Assembly: GCA_964016885.1 (NCBI GenBank)
Contig: OZ024742.1
Location: forward strand, 281,790,001 to 281,854,000
Length of the DNA stretch: 64,000 nt
Direction: 5' to 3'
From: Eledone cirrhosa
Taxonomy: Eukaryota
In this document: positions 26,388 through 40,280 of the stretch, in pieces
Position numbering within the stretch: position 1 is the first letter of the stretch
Layout of the letters: each line of letters opens with the position of its first letter
Notes under the pieces: model-generated
What the model was told of the DNA's origin: nothing
The model's database searches: none
Seen by the model: the letters and a program-made list of their open reading frames with translations, nothing else
Translations under genes and position numbers: made by a program

Positions 26388-29300
26388 TCACCCATCTTTC
26401 ATAAAAACGGCTGGGGTCCAGTACCTCTCTCTCCATCCTGATCCTTCTTCCGAAATCATATCGGAAGAAACGGACCAGTTGTTGGCCAGAGAGAAGGTGT
26501 CTGACCTCAATCCTTCCAGACGCGTCCACCATACAACCTCTTTCGCCATGGCTATTACGCACAGAAACACCGCCTCTCCTTCGTTTTTGAAGAGAGGAGG
26601 CGGCTTGATCGTTACAATAGACTCGGTGGTCAACCGGATCGGTCCCACCCGTGACAGCAATCGTTCGACATAGCCCCACAGATCGGCAATGCCCGAGCAG
26701 TGTACCAATGCGTGTGCAACGGTTTCCTCGTTGCACACGCATCTGGGACAGATCTTTTTCGAGGGGTCCCTACCCGGGCGCCCGTGTCTGTAGAGCATTT
26801 CTCGAACGGGCAGAGCCCCTCGGTAGCACTGCCAGGCCAGGGACCTCTGGAAGTTATCCATAGGTCCCGGGCTGAATGTCCTACCGAACAGGTTGGCCAG
26901 TTCGTTTTCCTCCATGCCTAGGGCTTCTCCGAGGGCGTCGTCGCACCTGCTAACAACCAGCCCTCTATAGAATGACGAGGTGGATTCTCCACTGACAGCC
27001 GGGTCCGCCTGCCAGAGAGCCGTGAGCGCCTGTGCACATTCGGTGTGACAGGCGCCCAGTTTTCTCGGTCTTTTCTTGACCCATGATTGCAGCTCGGTGA
27101 GCGAGTCGAGTCTGGGAAAGGCTCGCCTCACAAACGGGGCCCACACCGGTTGACCGGTGAGGAATACCTGGAGGTGCCGTAGCCTTAATGCGTGTTTACA
27201 CATCATCAGCCACGGCATCCCAAGCCCTCCTTTCGAAGGGTGTTGACAGCAGATGGATCTCCTCACCATAGAAGCCGCTTCTTCCAAAGTAACTGGAAGA
27301 GTGCGCGCTCCATTTTGGCGAGCATTTCCCTTGGGCAAAGCACGACGGTCAGGTGGTAGTAGATGACGGACGTTATATAAGTGTTCGCCACCTCCGCCGA
27401 CCTTTCAGGGACAGTTTGCACTCGGCCCACTTCTGGGTCAGTGCAAACACCCTGTTCGTTACCTCACCCCATTTCTTCTCCACCTGGAGGTCTGGTCCTA
27501 ACCAGACCCCGAGCAACTTCACCGGGCCCGACGACGCCATCGGAGGGCATCGATTTGCCCCTCCACGTGCCGAGTTGCAGACCGATCGACTTATCCCGGT
27601 TCAGCTTAGCCCCTGTAAACCTTTCGTACTCCTCTAGTAAGGTGCCGATCGCCCCGATTTCCGAGGCCGTCGACACCATTACTGTTACGTCATGGGCGTA
27701 GGCCGACACCGCTTTCCGCAATCCCGGTTCCAACGGGATGCCGTGCAACAACTCCAACTTCCGCAGCAGTGGCTCTAGAGTCCCTACATACAGAAGGGAG
27801 GAGAGAGGGCACCCTTGTCGGATGGACCGCGCGATTTTGAACGGCAGGTAGCCGTTCACCTTGACCCAAGAGCAGATGCGGCTGCTGTGCATGGCATTGA
27901 TCCAGCCTCTGAAAACGAGTCCGAAGCCTGCCGGCGCTAGCACCGCATCCAGGTAACCATTGTCGACCCTATCGAACGCCTTAGATTGATCCAAGTTGAT
28001 CAGGGCCCCACCAAAGCCGGGTTCGTTCCCAACCCTCTTTATGATGTATCGCATGAGGTGGAGGTTGTCGTGGATGGACCTGGACGGGATAGCACATGTC
28101 TGCGCATCTCCCATCAGGTTGCCCACGACAAGCGCCAACCTCTTTGCTAGTACCTTGGCCAAAATCTGAAACTCTGTATTTAGCAGAGTTATGGGCCTGA
28201 AATTATTTATATCGTCCCCATTGTTCTCGTCCTTCCTCACTAGCGTGACTACGCCCTTGGTCACAGCACAGGGAATTCTCCCGTTCTGTTTCCAGTTGCA
28301 GTCGACCGCCTCGAGGAGATCGGGGAACAAGTAGCTAGATATAGTTCGTATGGAAGACCATCGAGACCCGGGGATTTGCGTTTGCCGCATTGGTTCAGCA
28401 CGTCCTCTATCTCAGCGGCTGAAATCGGCTCCTCGCAGGACTTCGCCTCCCTGTCCGAGAGACGCGGCAGGCCGTCGATGTATGGACCGAAGTCCACTTC
28501 CCCAACCGGTTCCCGCCCCTTCTGAACAATCTGCAAAGTGCTTTTGAAAAGCCTCGCACATCTGCTTAGGTTCAAGGATCACCCGTCCATACTGGTCTCG
28601 CAAAGACCGGATAGTGGATCTACTCCCTCTTTTGGCTTCTGTCACGCGGGCCCAGCTAACAGCTTTGGTCCCCTCGTTTCCCAGAGCACGTATTTTGCTT
28701 CAGACGATGCAGCCTTCGTGTTTCGCGTCGAAGAACTGGCCCAGGGCCGTTCTCGGCGCTAGCACTCTGGCCACGTCGCCGCTTCTAATTGCCTCTTCTA
28801 CAATATCTACCAACTCCCTTTCCTTCCTATTTCTATTTGAGGCTAACTCCTTACTAAATTCTATAGAGACTACTCTAATCTCTCTTTTGAGAGATCCCCA
28901 CCACCTGCTTTTGACGATGGCGCCCGTCAACCGCTCCTTAATTAAAGTGTTAATCCGGTCCCTGTAAACCTTACTTGCCGATAAGGGCAAGTTGAGCTTC
29001 CAGTAACCGGGTCCTTGTCTATGCATTCTGTTAAGGTTGACCATGCAGGTCACCAACTTGTGGTCTGAATAGCCAACCATACGCATTTTTGGACAAGTTA
29101 AAAAGTCCTTATCCTTATTTCTAACTAAGAACCTATCTAGGTACGACCTAGATGATCCGCTACGGTTTGCCCAAGTCCGGGTTGGCACAGTCGGAAAATC
29201 TAGTCGATATCTATCGGCCAGGTCAAATCGACCGATTAACCCTTTGAGGCTGTTAGACCCCTTTCTATCGGGACAGGCCCCTACGTAGTCCCAATGTGCA

Positions 29301-29740
29301 TCTAGGATACCATTCCAGTCCCCCACTAATAGCAAGGAGCGGGACGTCCCTAGAAAAGTCTCCAGATGATGGAAGAAGTCAGGCCGCATTGACCCGAAAG
29401 GGCCGTAGACGGCTACCAGCCTAAACGCTCCGCCTTCACCACTGCCAAAGTCCAGAACCACTAGTCGACCCTCCGGGTCCAAATGTACCGTTTGTGTTGC
29501 GAGACCCAGATGTTTTTGCAGCAGAACGACAACCCCACCCCCACCTCCGAGCTGACAGAGAGATGCGTGCATCTCAAAGTCATCAAAGGTGGGGGCCAGC
29601 TGTCGCACGTTGCTGATCTGGGCCTCGCAAATAACCATCACATCTATACGTTGTGACCTGAGGTCATTTAGAAGCATTGCTTGCTTCTAAGTTGAGCCCA
29701 GGCCATGCGCATTTAGACAGCCTACTCTTAGCATAGCCAT
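26388..29740 (-). pseudogene. LINE ORF2: AP endonuclease, reverse transcriptase and zinc-binding C-terminus
   Basis: MAMLRVGCLNAHGL, ICEAQ, GGGVVVL, LVAVYGP, LLVGDWN, SYLDRF, YSDHKLV, GYWKLN, KSPGLDGLPYELY, NFRPITLLNTEFQILAKVLA, LDQSKAFDRV, RQGCPLS, AYAHDV (YADD mutated), KGGLG, CPRC..ETVAHALVHC. Contains stops and frameshifts. Confidence 0.93.
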
Positions 29741-29764
29741 GTTGGTGGTGAAGAGAAAAGGCAC

Positions 29765-31475
29765 TTACCTCTTTGCGTCCTGGGTATCGGGCTGCACAAT
29801 TTCCATGAGGGTGGGGGATGGGTTGTTGAGTGGGGTGGTGGTTTGTGGAAGTGTAGGGGCATAAGTGTGTTGTGTGGTTGGGGTGTTTGGAGTTGTGTGG
29901 GTGTTTGGGGAGGGGATGGGGAAATTTTTTAGGAGGACGCGGTTTATGGGCCCGACGCGGGGGCGGGGGGCACGTCCTCTTTAAAGTTGTTTTTTAATGT
30001 TTTATATGTGTCCTCTGGGGCCTTAATCATTTTGAGGTGGGGGAATTCCCCTGCCTGGGTGAAGTTAGGCCTTTGGGTTTTTACTAAATTGTTGTTGTAT
30101 ATAATGTTTAATAGTTTTTTTATTTCTTGTGTTTATGTATGTGTATGCACGTTTTAGTTTTTGTGTGCTGTATTTTGTTTGCTGTTGTTGTGTGCTCTTT
30201 TGTGTTGGTGTCTGTGTTATGTTTTAGGGAGGGGTTGTTTTCATTTGTGTGTCTGAGGTGTGTTTTCTTTTTTTTCTTTTGATTGTGTGGAAGTGCTCCT
30301 CCTCGCTGACGACGAATTAGGGTCATCTTCCGCGTTGGAGGGGAGGGGTAGATTTTCGGGTTGTGTTTGCGATGCGGGTGTTTCGGAAATTGTTTTTTTT
30401 TAATGGGTTGGACAGTGTTTTGTTTTGGTTTGAGCTGTGGTTGTTGTTTTTGTAGTTGTGGTTGTGGTGATTTTATTGGTTGTGCAGTTGTTGGTGGTGT
30501 AGGCAGGATTGGGGTTTTCTTTTTAAGTTGAGGACAGACAGCCCTCAGGTGACCTCTGGCTCCAAAGAGGTAAGACGAGGGCCGCCTACCCTCAACGGTA
30601 ATGTTGATAAAAGTATGACGCGTTCAGGGATCTGGGCGATCCTTTCGGACCTCACTTGAACTAAAAGTTCGAGGCCCATTCCACTGAACGCGTCACCCGA
30701 TGCCTTTCCCATGGATACTAATATGTCATCGTTCAGGTCAAGAAAACCTGTTAACACCCACCATATGTCCATAATTGGAAGAATGGTGTGTATTTTTATT
30801 TTCTGCGCCCTTCTACCCATGTACATAGGGTAGAAGGTGTATGTGGTGGATGTAATGGGTTTTACCGAAAGTTTTTTTGCCGTGTCCTGGTCCTTCATGA
30901 GAATGGATAGACTCCCATAGAGTCTATCCTTTTGTATGAACAGAATGTCTTTCATTACATCTTTTAAGACCAGCTCTATCTCACTCTGTGATGGTTGAGC
31001 TGGTTTTTTCGTTTTATTTAACACTGTCCTAAACATCACTGTGTTTAGGAGTCTCTGAAATTTTAGTTCCGGTGGGGGGGGGGGGGGAGATCCAAAATAA
31101 TCCATTTTCCCCGTACACTATGTATTTTTTGGCATCTGCCAGTAGCTCCTTCGCTTTGCTTATATCTACTGGCAGATAGTCGACGGTTTTCCTTGCCGTC
31201 TGGGCGAAGGAGACCTTTTCCTTGTTTGTGTTGCTGTTGTAGTTGGTGGTGTTGTTGTTTTTGTTGTCTTTATTGTTTCTGTTGTTTTTGTTGTTGTTGT
31301 TTTCGGTTTCTTGTGTCGTTGTGGCTACATCAAGTTGTCGGTCAGCAGGTGGAGAAAGTTCTACCTTTGGCTGACCTCTGCCTTTGGCATCTGCTGCTGT
31401 GCCAGTGGCAGGGGGAAGCTGTGAGTTTAGCTTCCCTTTTCTTTCTTTGAATGTTGGTGAAGATGCTTCAGCCAT
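29765..31475 (-). pseudogene. LINE ORF1 remnant
   Basis: ATG at 31475 (MAEASSPT..KVSFAQTAR), continued by ORF 30545-31105 across a poly-C frameshift; low-complexity C-terminal part; lies upstream of ORF2. Confidence 0.7.
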
Positions 31476-32272
31476 TTTTATCAAAGAAGGAAATTTTTCG
31501 AAAGATAAAATTTTTTTTTTTCAACACAATTTCGCCTAAAGGCGTAGAATAATTTGAGAGACTGACCAGATCAAAATTTGACCTGGCAGTCCCTCTACAA
31601 AATGGTACAAAAATGAAAGTTTACAGTTTGGAATTTCTATGGAAATTTAGGCAGAACTTACCCAGCAAGTTTTACGCGTGTGTCCATCCCGAGATAGATA
31701 GATAGATAGATATACAGAGAGACAGACAGACAGAGAGCCATGGCTATATGTCGCTTTAGGAACTTGTCACTCGGTTTAATATCACCAGCCGGGTCTTGGG
31801 CGTCTACAGGGAAGTCACTCCGCAGCAAACATGAGGATTCTTTCTTTTTTCCTTCTCAACAGTTTTGACGGCCCTAAAATCAATGGACACATATCGAAAT
31901 TTATGTTATTTTTTTTTTTATCAGACATGAAATAAATATACCGTATAATTTTCCATTTTTCTTTATTTAAAAGGTGCAAAATGAGACTTAAGCAATATTT
32001 CTGTGCTCTTCTTTAGAAAAAGGACGTTAATAAGATAACTTGCCTGGGTACAAACTGTCAACAGGTTCAAGTACGTACGTACGTACGTTCTTACGTAAGT
32101 AGGTACACTAATACTACTACTACTACTATTACTACTACTATTACTACTACCACTTATGCGGCTGCTGCTGTTGCTGCTTGAGCGTCAAGAAACCGCCTAA
32201 AGTATTGTTAAATCGACAAGAAAAACATCCAAATCCTATACCACTAACAGAAGAGAGAAACTTGAAACTGCT

Positions 32273-32386
<114 letters not shown>

Positions 32387-32636
32387 GAAATAAGAACACA
32401 TACAGACACTGTCACACTGCCACACACGTACTGAGATATATATATTTATATATATATACATACATATAGGCAAACATATATGCACATATACATAAATGTA
32501 TAAATGTATAAATAAATACCTACACGCATACATACACACACATGCACACACACTCACACACATAGACACACACATGCACATGTATGTATATACATATATA
32601 TATATGTATATATATATATACATACATTTACATATG

Positions 32637-32668
<32 letters not shown>

Positions 32669-32986
32669 CGTGCGAGTGTGTATATGTTTGTATGTGTGTG
32701 AGTATGCATGCATAGATATACATATTCATAATATCTTTAAAACTTGGACCCACGTGTATACTTAATTTTACCAGGTATTTGCTTATTCAAATATCTCTGC
32801 TGTTCGTGTTACTGTCTTTGTACTTTCTTATCTTAATATATATTTCTCGTGTGTTTGTTTTTGTAAAGTTACTTGACTTATCTGTTAGTAATATATTCAT
32901 TATGCGAGTTTGATGGAAATTATGTGTTAATATACATTTACATAAACCAAAACGCACACACATAAACGCATATTTTGTGTGTGTAC

Positions 32987-33080
<94 letters not shown>

Positions 33081-33084
<4 letters not shown>

Positions 33085-33871
33085 GAGTTATAAACTCAAA
33101 TATAGTCTTTTACAATTAAATAGCTCAAAGAAAGGAATATTTCTGAGCCGCGTAATACAAATAAATATATGATAGGGATAAACACTGATACAAGTATACA
33201 TCTGTTCGCATTGCAAATGACCAAGTTAGCTAGATTGAAAAATACTAATTATGTTTGCCTGTTGGTAGTACTAATTAGGTTTGCCTGTCTCGATTTAAAA
33301 TAATAAATCAATAAAAACAAACCTATATTGGCAATAGCCGTGATACCTGGACAAATTTTAAATTTTAAATTTTAAATTTGTTTCGCAACAATTAAGTGAA
33401 AGTTCCTATTCCTTAAAAGACTATCTGAGTTTATAACTCTATATATATAATATTCTCGGCTCCATGCGTTGAGCTAATTTTTAGTCCCATAAAACCGGCT
33501 GCTATTTTTAGCGGCACGAGTATGGGACGTGGTAGGCGCTGCGACACATGTGCTTTCAACAACACATTTCTCTCAGTCTTCTTAAGTATTTTGAAGTGAA
33601 ACTTACCAATTTCTGGATACATGCAGAAGAGCACAGGAATAGGAACTTTCACTTAATTGTTGCGAAACAAATTTGAAATTTAAAATTTAAAATTTGTCCG
33701 GGTATCACGGCTATTGCCAATATAGGTTTGTTTTTATTGATTTATTATTTTAAATCGAGACACGCAAACCGTATTATTTTAATTAGTAATTTTCAATCTA
33801 GCTAACTTGGTCATTTACAATGCGAACACATCTATACTTGTATCAGTGTTTATCCCTATCATATATTCATT

Positions 33872-33874
<3 letters not shown>
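33081..33874. repeat. Interlocked inverted repeats (33081-33112/33413-33443 and 33157-33413/33635-33874)
   Basis: Reverse-complement matches read directly; flanked by (TA)n. Confidence 0.88.
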
Positions 33875-33950
<76 letters not shown>

Positions 33951-34033
33951 GTGTGTGTGTGTGTGTGTGTGTAAAAAATATATACGCACTTCAACTGCGT
34001 TCTAACAAATATGTGAGTACATATTTTTGGTAC

Positions 34034-34068
<35 letters not shown>

Positions 34069-34341
34069 GGGGTCTTTCAGGGGGGGTCTTTCAGGGGGGG
34101 GTCTTTCAGGGGGGGGGGGTCTTTCAGTGAATGGTCGTAGTACTTGGTGGTACTCTTCAGACAGGTGATCTGAGAAAAAATACAGTGTTTTTTGTCGGAT
34201 CGCCTGTCGGAAGAGTAGATAGATAATGGAGACAGGTTCATAACCTCTATGGATGAACCTGAGCCAATTATCAGAGAAACCCGCGTAACGGGTAGATATA
34301 CAACAGAAAACTAAACACATGTAAATGAAACGTTTCTATTG

Positions 34342-34486
<145 letters not shown>

Positions 34487-34489
34487 CAA

Positions 34490-35620
34490 AGACACCAAAT
34501 TGCATCTGGTGGTGAAGCTCCAGTCAAAGAACCTGAGTCTACTGACATGTTTGCTAGCATCTAGCAGCCACACCTCAGCCTGGATCGAAGGTTTTTGAAC
34601 CAGAGGCTAGGAGAAGGACATTCTGATGTAAAACCTACGATCCAATTACGTGGCTGCCACCGCCCCAACTTGCTAGGCCAGGAGAGATGAACGACGTGTG
34701 AAAAAGGTGCTGTCGGTTCAGCGCACTTCACCTAAAATTTCCACTGCGCTGGCTCGAATGACATGTACGCGACGACCAACCACTTCAAACCCTTTATCGA
34801 TGGAAAAGGGGCTAAAACGTCAGATGTAAGAGGATAATGAAAGCCGTAGTGCCAATACTACATGCAGATGGTTCAAGGGTTTGGTGATCTGATGTTGACC
34901 CGAGGACGACAAAATCGTTCGGCACACACAGAGTAACTACGCAGCCTTCTTTAGGGACAGCACTGATCGCTTTTCATGGCTGGTGGGGTCTAGAAAAGTT
35001 TGCCTAAACCAAGCTCATTTCCTACACCACCCTGTTGGCAAACTGCAGTCAATGGGCATATTCTTATGCGGTCGAAAAACTTCAAGGTAGAAAAGGTACA
35101 CCCTTATCTGCAAGGATGTGAAGGGACTGAAAATCGCATGTTGGAACATCAGATACATGTTAGATACAGTCGGCAGCAGTCTTCCAGTACGTCGATTTGC
35201 TTTAATTGCTGTGAGGACTGAATGATGACATTGTGAAGTTCGCTTTCCCGAGGAAGGCAACATATAAGGCACCGGATACAACCTCTACTGGTGAGGCGAA
35301 CCAACAGCAGAGTGACGCATGCGCCTCCCACTGAGTAATCAACAATATACCGCACTCTTTGATGTGTATTCACCTACTCTTGAAGCAGATCCTGCGGAAA
35401 AGAACAAATTTTGCTCTTATCTCCACACTGCTAGCAGGACACCCATGTGGACGACAAGGTCATAATCCTTATATCACCATTGGCGAGACTGAACTGAAAA
35501 CAGTCCATCAGTTCACCTAATGAGTGCTCCATCACATCAGATGCCACTTTCAACAGGGAAATTAGCAACAGACTGGGAAAGGCGTGCAGTGCAAACTGTA
35601 CAAATGCATGTGAAAAAATA
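34490..35620 (+). mobile_element. RTE/BovB-like LINE remnant (internally deleted)
   Basis: SDATFNREISNRLGKA near 35537-35585; the upstream segment looks like a 5' UTR. Highly decayed. Confidence 0.5.
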
Positions 35621-36532
35621 AATACCTGAAGAACACCCTTGGTACCTGTCACATCGACTATTGTCAGTGGTCCACCCTGGTTGAGATCCGTGACGCCTGC
35701 CGCGTCAACATCAACCCGCAGAGTCACCCCCGAGGTCAGAAGGCACAAGAGGAAGAACCACACCACCAAGTCATTAGAATCTGACCAGTCCTCTATATAT
35801 AGAAGCTTTGATATAGTTGATGTTCAGCTTTAAAGTTTGAAAGATTTGCAGGATATCTACAAATATTTCAGAAGTCCATACTTTTGGAAATTGATGTTTG
35901 GAATATAGTGGAATAGTGTTGAATAACGACTATGAGATCTGTAAAAATATATATACTGACATACATAATGAAAATAGAAAGATAGCTAGAGTGAAATAGA
36001 AGGATAAATATATTAAAACAGAAAGATATTATGGAAAGAAATAAAATAAAGACAAAGCTTGGCATAAATAGGATTGAATGAATGAAGTATAACCCAAAGA
36101 AGGAAATAATGAAAAAATAGAAAATTTAGAGAACGTATTGACAAAAAAGAAAAAAAAACATTAGGAAGGCTGAAAACGGTACCGAAATACAGAATGAATG
36201 AAAGAAAGAAAGAAAAAATGGTGAAAGAAGGAGAAATGCAGTGAAGAAAGCAACGGAGAAGAAAAAAGCAACTAATAAAGGAAAGAAAAAATGAATGCTG
36301 ATAAGATAACTAGGTGAAAATAGATAGATAGAGATAGAGATAGAGAGGGACGGATTGAGGCAGACAGATACAGAGACAGACAGAAATGGATAGGCAGATA
36401 GATAGATAGATAGATAGGTAGAAATATATATATCTCTCTCTCTCTATATATATATAAGGAGAGAGAGACAGAAATAGATATGTAGATAGATAGGTGATAG
36501 ATAGATGACTAGAAGACAGATAGATAGATATA

Positions 36533-36712
36533 TTTTTTTTTTGCCACAAGGGCGCACAAGAAAAGGGGACAATACAAAGACACATGCCGAGGGTTTTACA
36601 TACAGTCGTGCAAAAATATTGAAACAAACAATTATAACAATCGAAACCCCAATAGGGGGGAGACGCCATAAATGGGTTGTTTAATACCCCATCGATAGAA
36701 CAACCCTCAACT
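36533..36712 (-). mobile_element. 5'-truncated 3' end of a Tx1-related LINE in (GATA)n
   Basis: ttgccacaagggc and caatagggggg-agacgcc resemble 26078-26090 and 26219-26239; poly-T at the 3' end on this strand. Confidence 0.6.
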
Positions 36713-36797
<85 letters not shown>

Positions 36798-38126
36798 GGG
36801 TAGGCAGGTAGGTAATTGAAAAAGACACTAAATGAAATGATAAAATTGGAGAGATATAATAATGATAGAGAGAATTAATCAAAGAATGAAAAAAAAAGGA
36901 AAAGAAGAAAGAAAAGAAGATGAAAGCAAGGAAGAAAGAAATAGAGAACGGTTTAAAGAAATAAAGGAAATAGAAGACAACAAAGATAAAAGGTGAAAAA
37001 GTTAGAAAAATAAAAATATACGAAGAAGCAAAAAAACATGGCGGAAAAAAGTAAAGAAATTTGTGTAGTGGTTAAAGAATGAAGTTAAATATTCCCAAAG
37101 GTGATGAATTGAATTGGAAAAGTCAAGAGAGAGAAGAATGCATCTGGAAACAATATTTGAGATAAAAGTCTTTCAACAACAACAATTGCAGCAACAACAA
37201 TAGAAACCACATCAACAACAGAGAAAAAAACAACGGTAATAACATTAACATAAATAACACCAGCATCAACAACATCATCAAATAGTATTAGCTTCAAACA
37301 ACAGTTACACCAGCAACAACATAAGCAACATTAGTAACACCAGCAACGACAATTTTTTTTTAAACGCTACAAGGAGCCTATGAGCTAGCTACTATATAGT
37401 CTCTTTATTTGTTTAAAATAGCAGCAACATTTCCCTCAAATCACACCCTTCAGTCTGAAAAAAGGATGGAAACATATGTTGATTTTTTTTTTTAATCATA
37501 CTTATTCAAAAAGGAAAGCGATGTGCCCATGACTCTTTTCGTGGCCTCCACGGTTAATGAGAGGGAAAGGAGGAAGATTATACATAAGCTAGAGACATGA
37601 TGGCCATAGCTATAACTATCTTATTCATTATATCGTTGGTATATAGAATATGACGGTTTCTACATGGAGCATTTTGGTAGTGACATTAAAAAGAACGTTC
37701 CTAATTTCAAATTAAACATTCATTTGGCTAGTTATATCAACTTAAAATACTAAATTATATGCCCATATTTTGTCCACTTATTCCATAAGAAAAATGCCTC
37801 TAAACAACTGTTCAAAATTTCGTTTTATCTTTTAATTCATCGAAGTGCTAGATAATGTGACCTTTGTCTAACCCGCAAATCTCACAGTGTTACAAAAAAA
37901 AAATAATACTTGTTTCAAGATTACTGTGATACCGTCAACCATATGTTTTATACGGGCAGAAACTATTTAGATGTCCTTTAAAATTGCTTTACATTCTCTG
38001 ATATTAATTCCTAGAATATTTTTAATTGAATATCCTATTATTATAGTAATCATATTGTTTATTGTAAGAGAATATGTAGATAAAATTTGTTGGTAAATAA
38101 GATAATTATACACTATTAATATATTA

Positions 38127-38343
38127 GGCCGGTGGATTGGCAGTATCGGTGGAGCGTCGGACAACATGCTTTATGAAATAGAGTTACGGCCTTTTAGGTT
38201 CTGAGTTCAACTCCTGACGAGGTTAGCTTTGCTTTTCATACTTACGCGGTCGATAAAATAAAGTACCAGTAATGCACTGGAGTCAATTTAATTGACTTTC
38301 CCCTCCCTAAAACTGTTGGCATTGTGCCTAAAGCAGAAACAAA
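38127..38343 (+). mobile_element. tRNA-derived SINE (family A, long-tail)
   Basis: A and B boxes; flanking duplication aatatattag. Confidence 0.85.
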
Positions 38344-39728
38344 TATATTAGAATCTAAATTTCTGTTCTCAAATGTTTTGTTCATTAAAGCAACAAGCCT
38401 CTTCTTAAATCCTACCATAGATGCAGGTTTGTTGTGTGGTAGATCGAAAACATATTACTGCTTTGGTCTCGAGAAAAAAACTATCTTCACACCTGGTAGT
38501 ACCATACATAGATCTTAAATCAATTCGATGTTTACGTATCTGAAAGTTTGCCGTTATCACACATAAATATAACCAACTGTGTTGCATATTATACAAGTAC
38601 AGATCGATAGATTCGATTATGGTCAGCTCCCAATTTTAAGACCTTGTTCTTGTATACTGTATATATTGATTTATTTACAGCAACTAACTAAAACACATAA
38701 TCTAATGCCTTAAACTTGGATGCCGTCAGTTTTGTCTTTTTTACAATCTGAGGTAAATTAATATTTACCTCTGTGATGAACTAACATTCTCAAATATTTC
38801 AACATTTCCTTGAGTTAAATTCTACGCAATATCACGTATACATTCTTTAACAATGTCGCTTTTGATTTCTAGTTTCATTTTCTTTGCAATTACCTCAAAA
38901 AAAACTTCATAATATGCTTGTATTACTCAAGTATTTTTAATAATATGCCTTTTGAAAATCCATGATAGTTCGCATAAAGAATTTTTAAATTTAGCTTGTA
39001 TAAGCGCAATGTCAGATTTAGTTTATCGTATCTGCAGGTTTGGTCAAATATTGGCGTATAAAATTGTACTTTATATAAACTGTAACCTCATCTTTACTAG
39101 TACTAGACACCCACATATACGCACAGTTTCCATATTAATTTTATTAAAGAAAATAATTATCTGTCCATTCTTCATCGAACAAAGAAATTTTGCGGGCACT
39201 GCGTATGTTTTTCTTTTATTAGCAGTAGCTATTAGAGAAGGGGTTACTTTCATGCACTTTACATCATTGATTTAAAATCTTTAATAAAAATAGTCAAATG
39301 AACCATAAATGTTGCCAGCATTCAAAATTATTACACTTAATTTATTATGACGCAACCGACAATCAGCCTAGACGATACTTAAACTCACATTGACTATTCA
39401 TCATCGATAACAATAATTAATAAGCTAGAATAAAATCAGGCTCATGATTATTAATGTCGCAAAATAAGCATTACGGCTAATTGGAAATTGTTTATGCCTT
39501 ATAGGGTATCCAATACACCAACTTTTATTAAATTACGGTTTCTTCAAATTTAAATCATTTGTGTTGATCTTAATTTTTTCTTTACTTAATATACATTTTT
39601 ATTTTTTAGGGAGAGAGAGGGGGAGAAAGAGAGAGAGAGAGAGAGGGGGAGAGGGAGAGAGAGAGGGACAAAGTGAGAGAGAGAGAGAGAGTGAGAGAGA
39701 GAGAGTGAGAGAGAGAGAGTGAGAGAGT

Positions 39729-39786
<58 letters not shown>

Positions 39787-40124
39787 TTCGTCAACAAGCA
39801 ATTTCAAATTAAAATGAAGGCAAATTTTCACCTAGCGGGAGGGGAGTTCCTCCTGAAATAGAAGCTCACTCGTTGTCAAGCATATTTAAATTTGAATGTA
39901 CGTGTATGTAAGTATGTATGTATGAATGTATGTATGTATGTATGTATGTATGTATGTATGTATGTTTATATGTATGAATGTATGTATGGATTGATGGATG
40001 ACTGTAGATATGTATGTATGCATGTCTATATGTATATATATATATATGTGTGTGTGTGTGTCCATGCTGATTGTTTATCGAAACCAATATAAATAATTCA
40101 CAATATTTTTTATTATACTCAATG

Positions 40125-40280
40125 GCATTGCAGCCATGACCAACCTATATTTCCTTATATTCATGGGTCACATTGCCAAACCTGACCCTTATAAGACAGT
40201 GCGATAAGATTTGGGGAGATTTTGGCTGGTATTTCTAGCAGGCTAAGTGACCGTGTAGAAACCCACTCTCGTTGTTTCAT
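40125..40280. repeat. Unclassified dispersed repeat (related copies near 25550-25690 and, inverted, 37410-37620)
   Basis: Shared gatttggggagattt.gctg.tatttctagcag motif. Confidence 0.5.

Larger units (their letters stand above)
26065..31690 (-). mobile_element. Near full-length L1/Tx1-type non-LTR retrotransposon, decayed, flanked by (TC)n/(TATC)n
   Basis: ORF1 followed by ORF2 (APE, RT, C-terminal Cys/His motif); 3' end GTGGCAAATAAAAGAAAAG runs into a microsatellite. Confidence 0.92.

Noticed and set aside
34066-34128. G-rich ggggggtctttcag tandem as a functional G-quadruplex element
   Set aside because: Only four short units with no supporting context.
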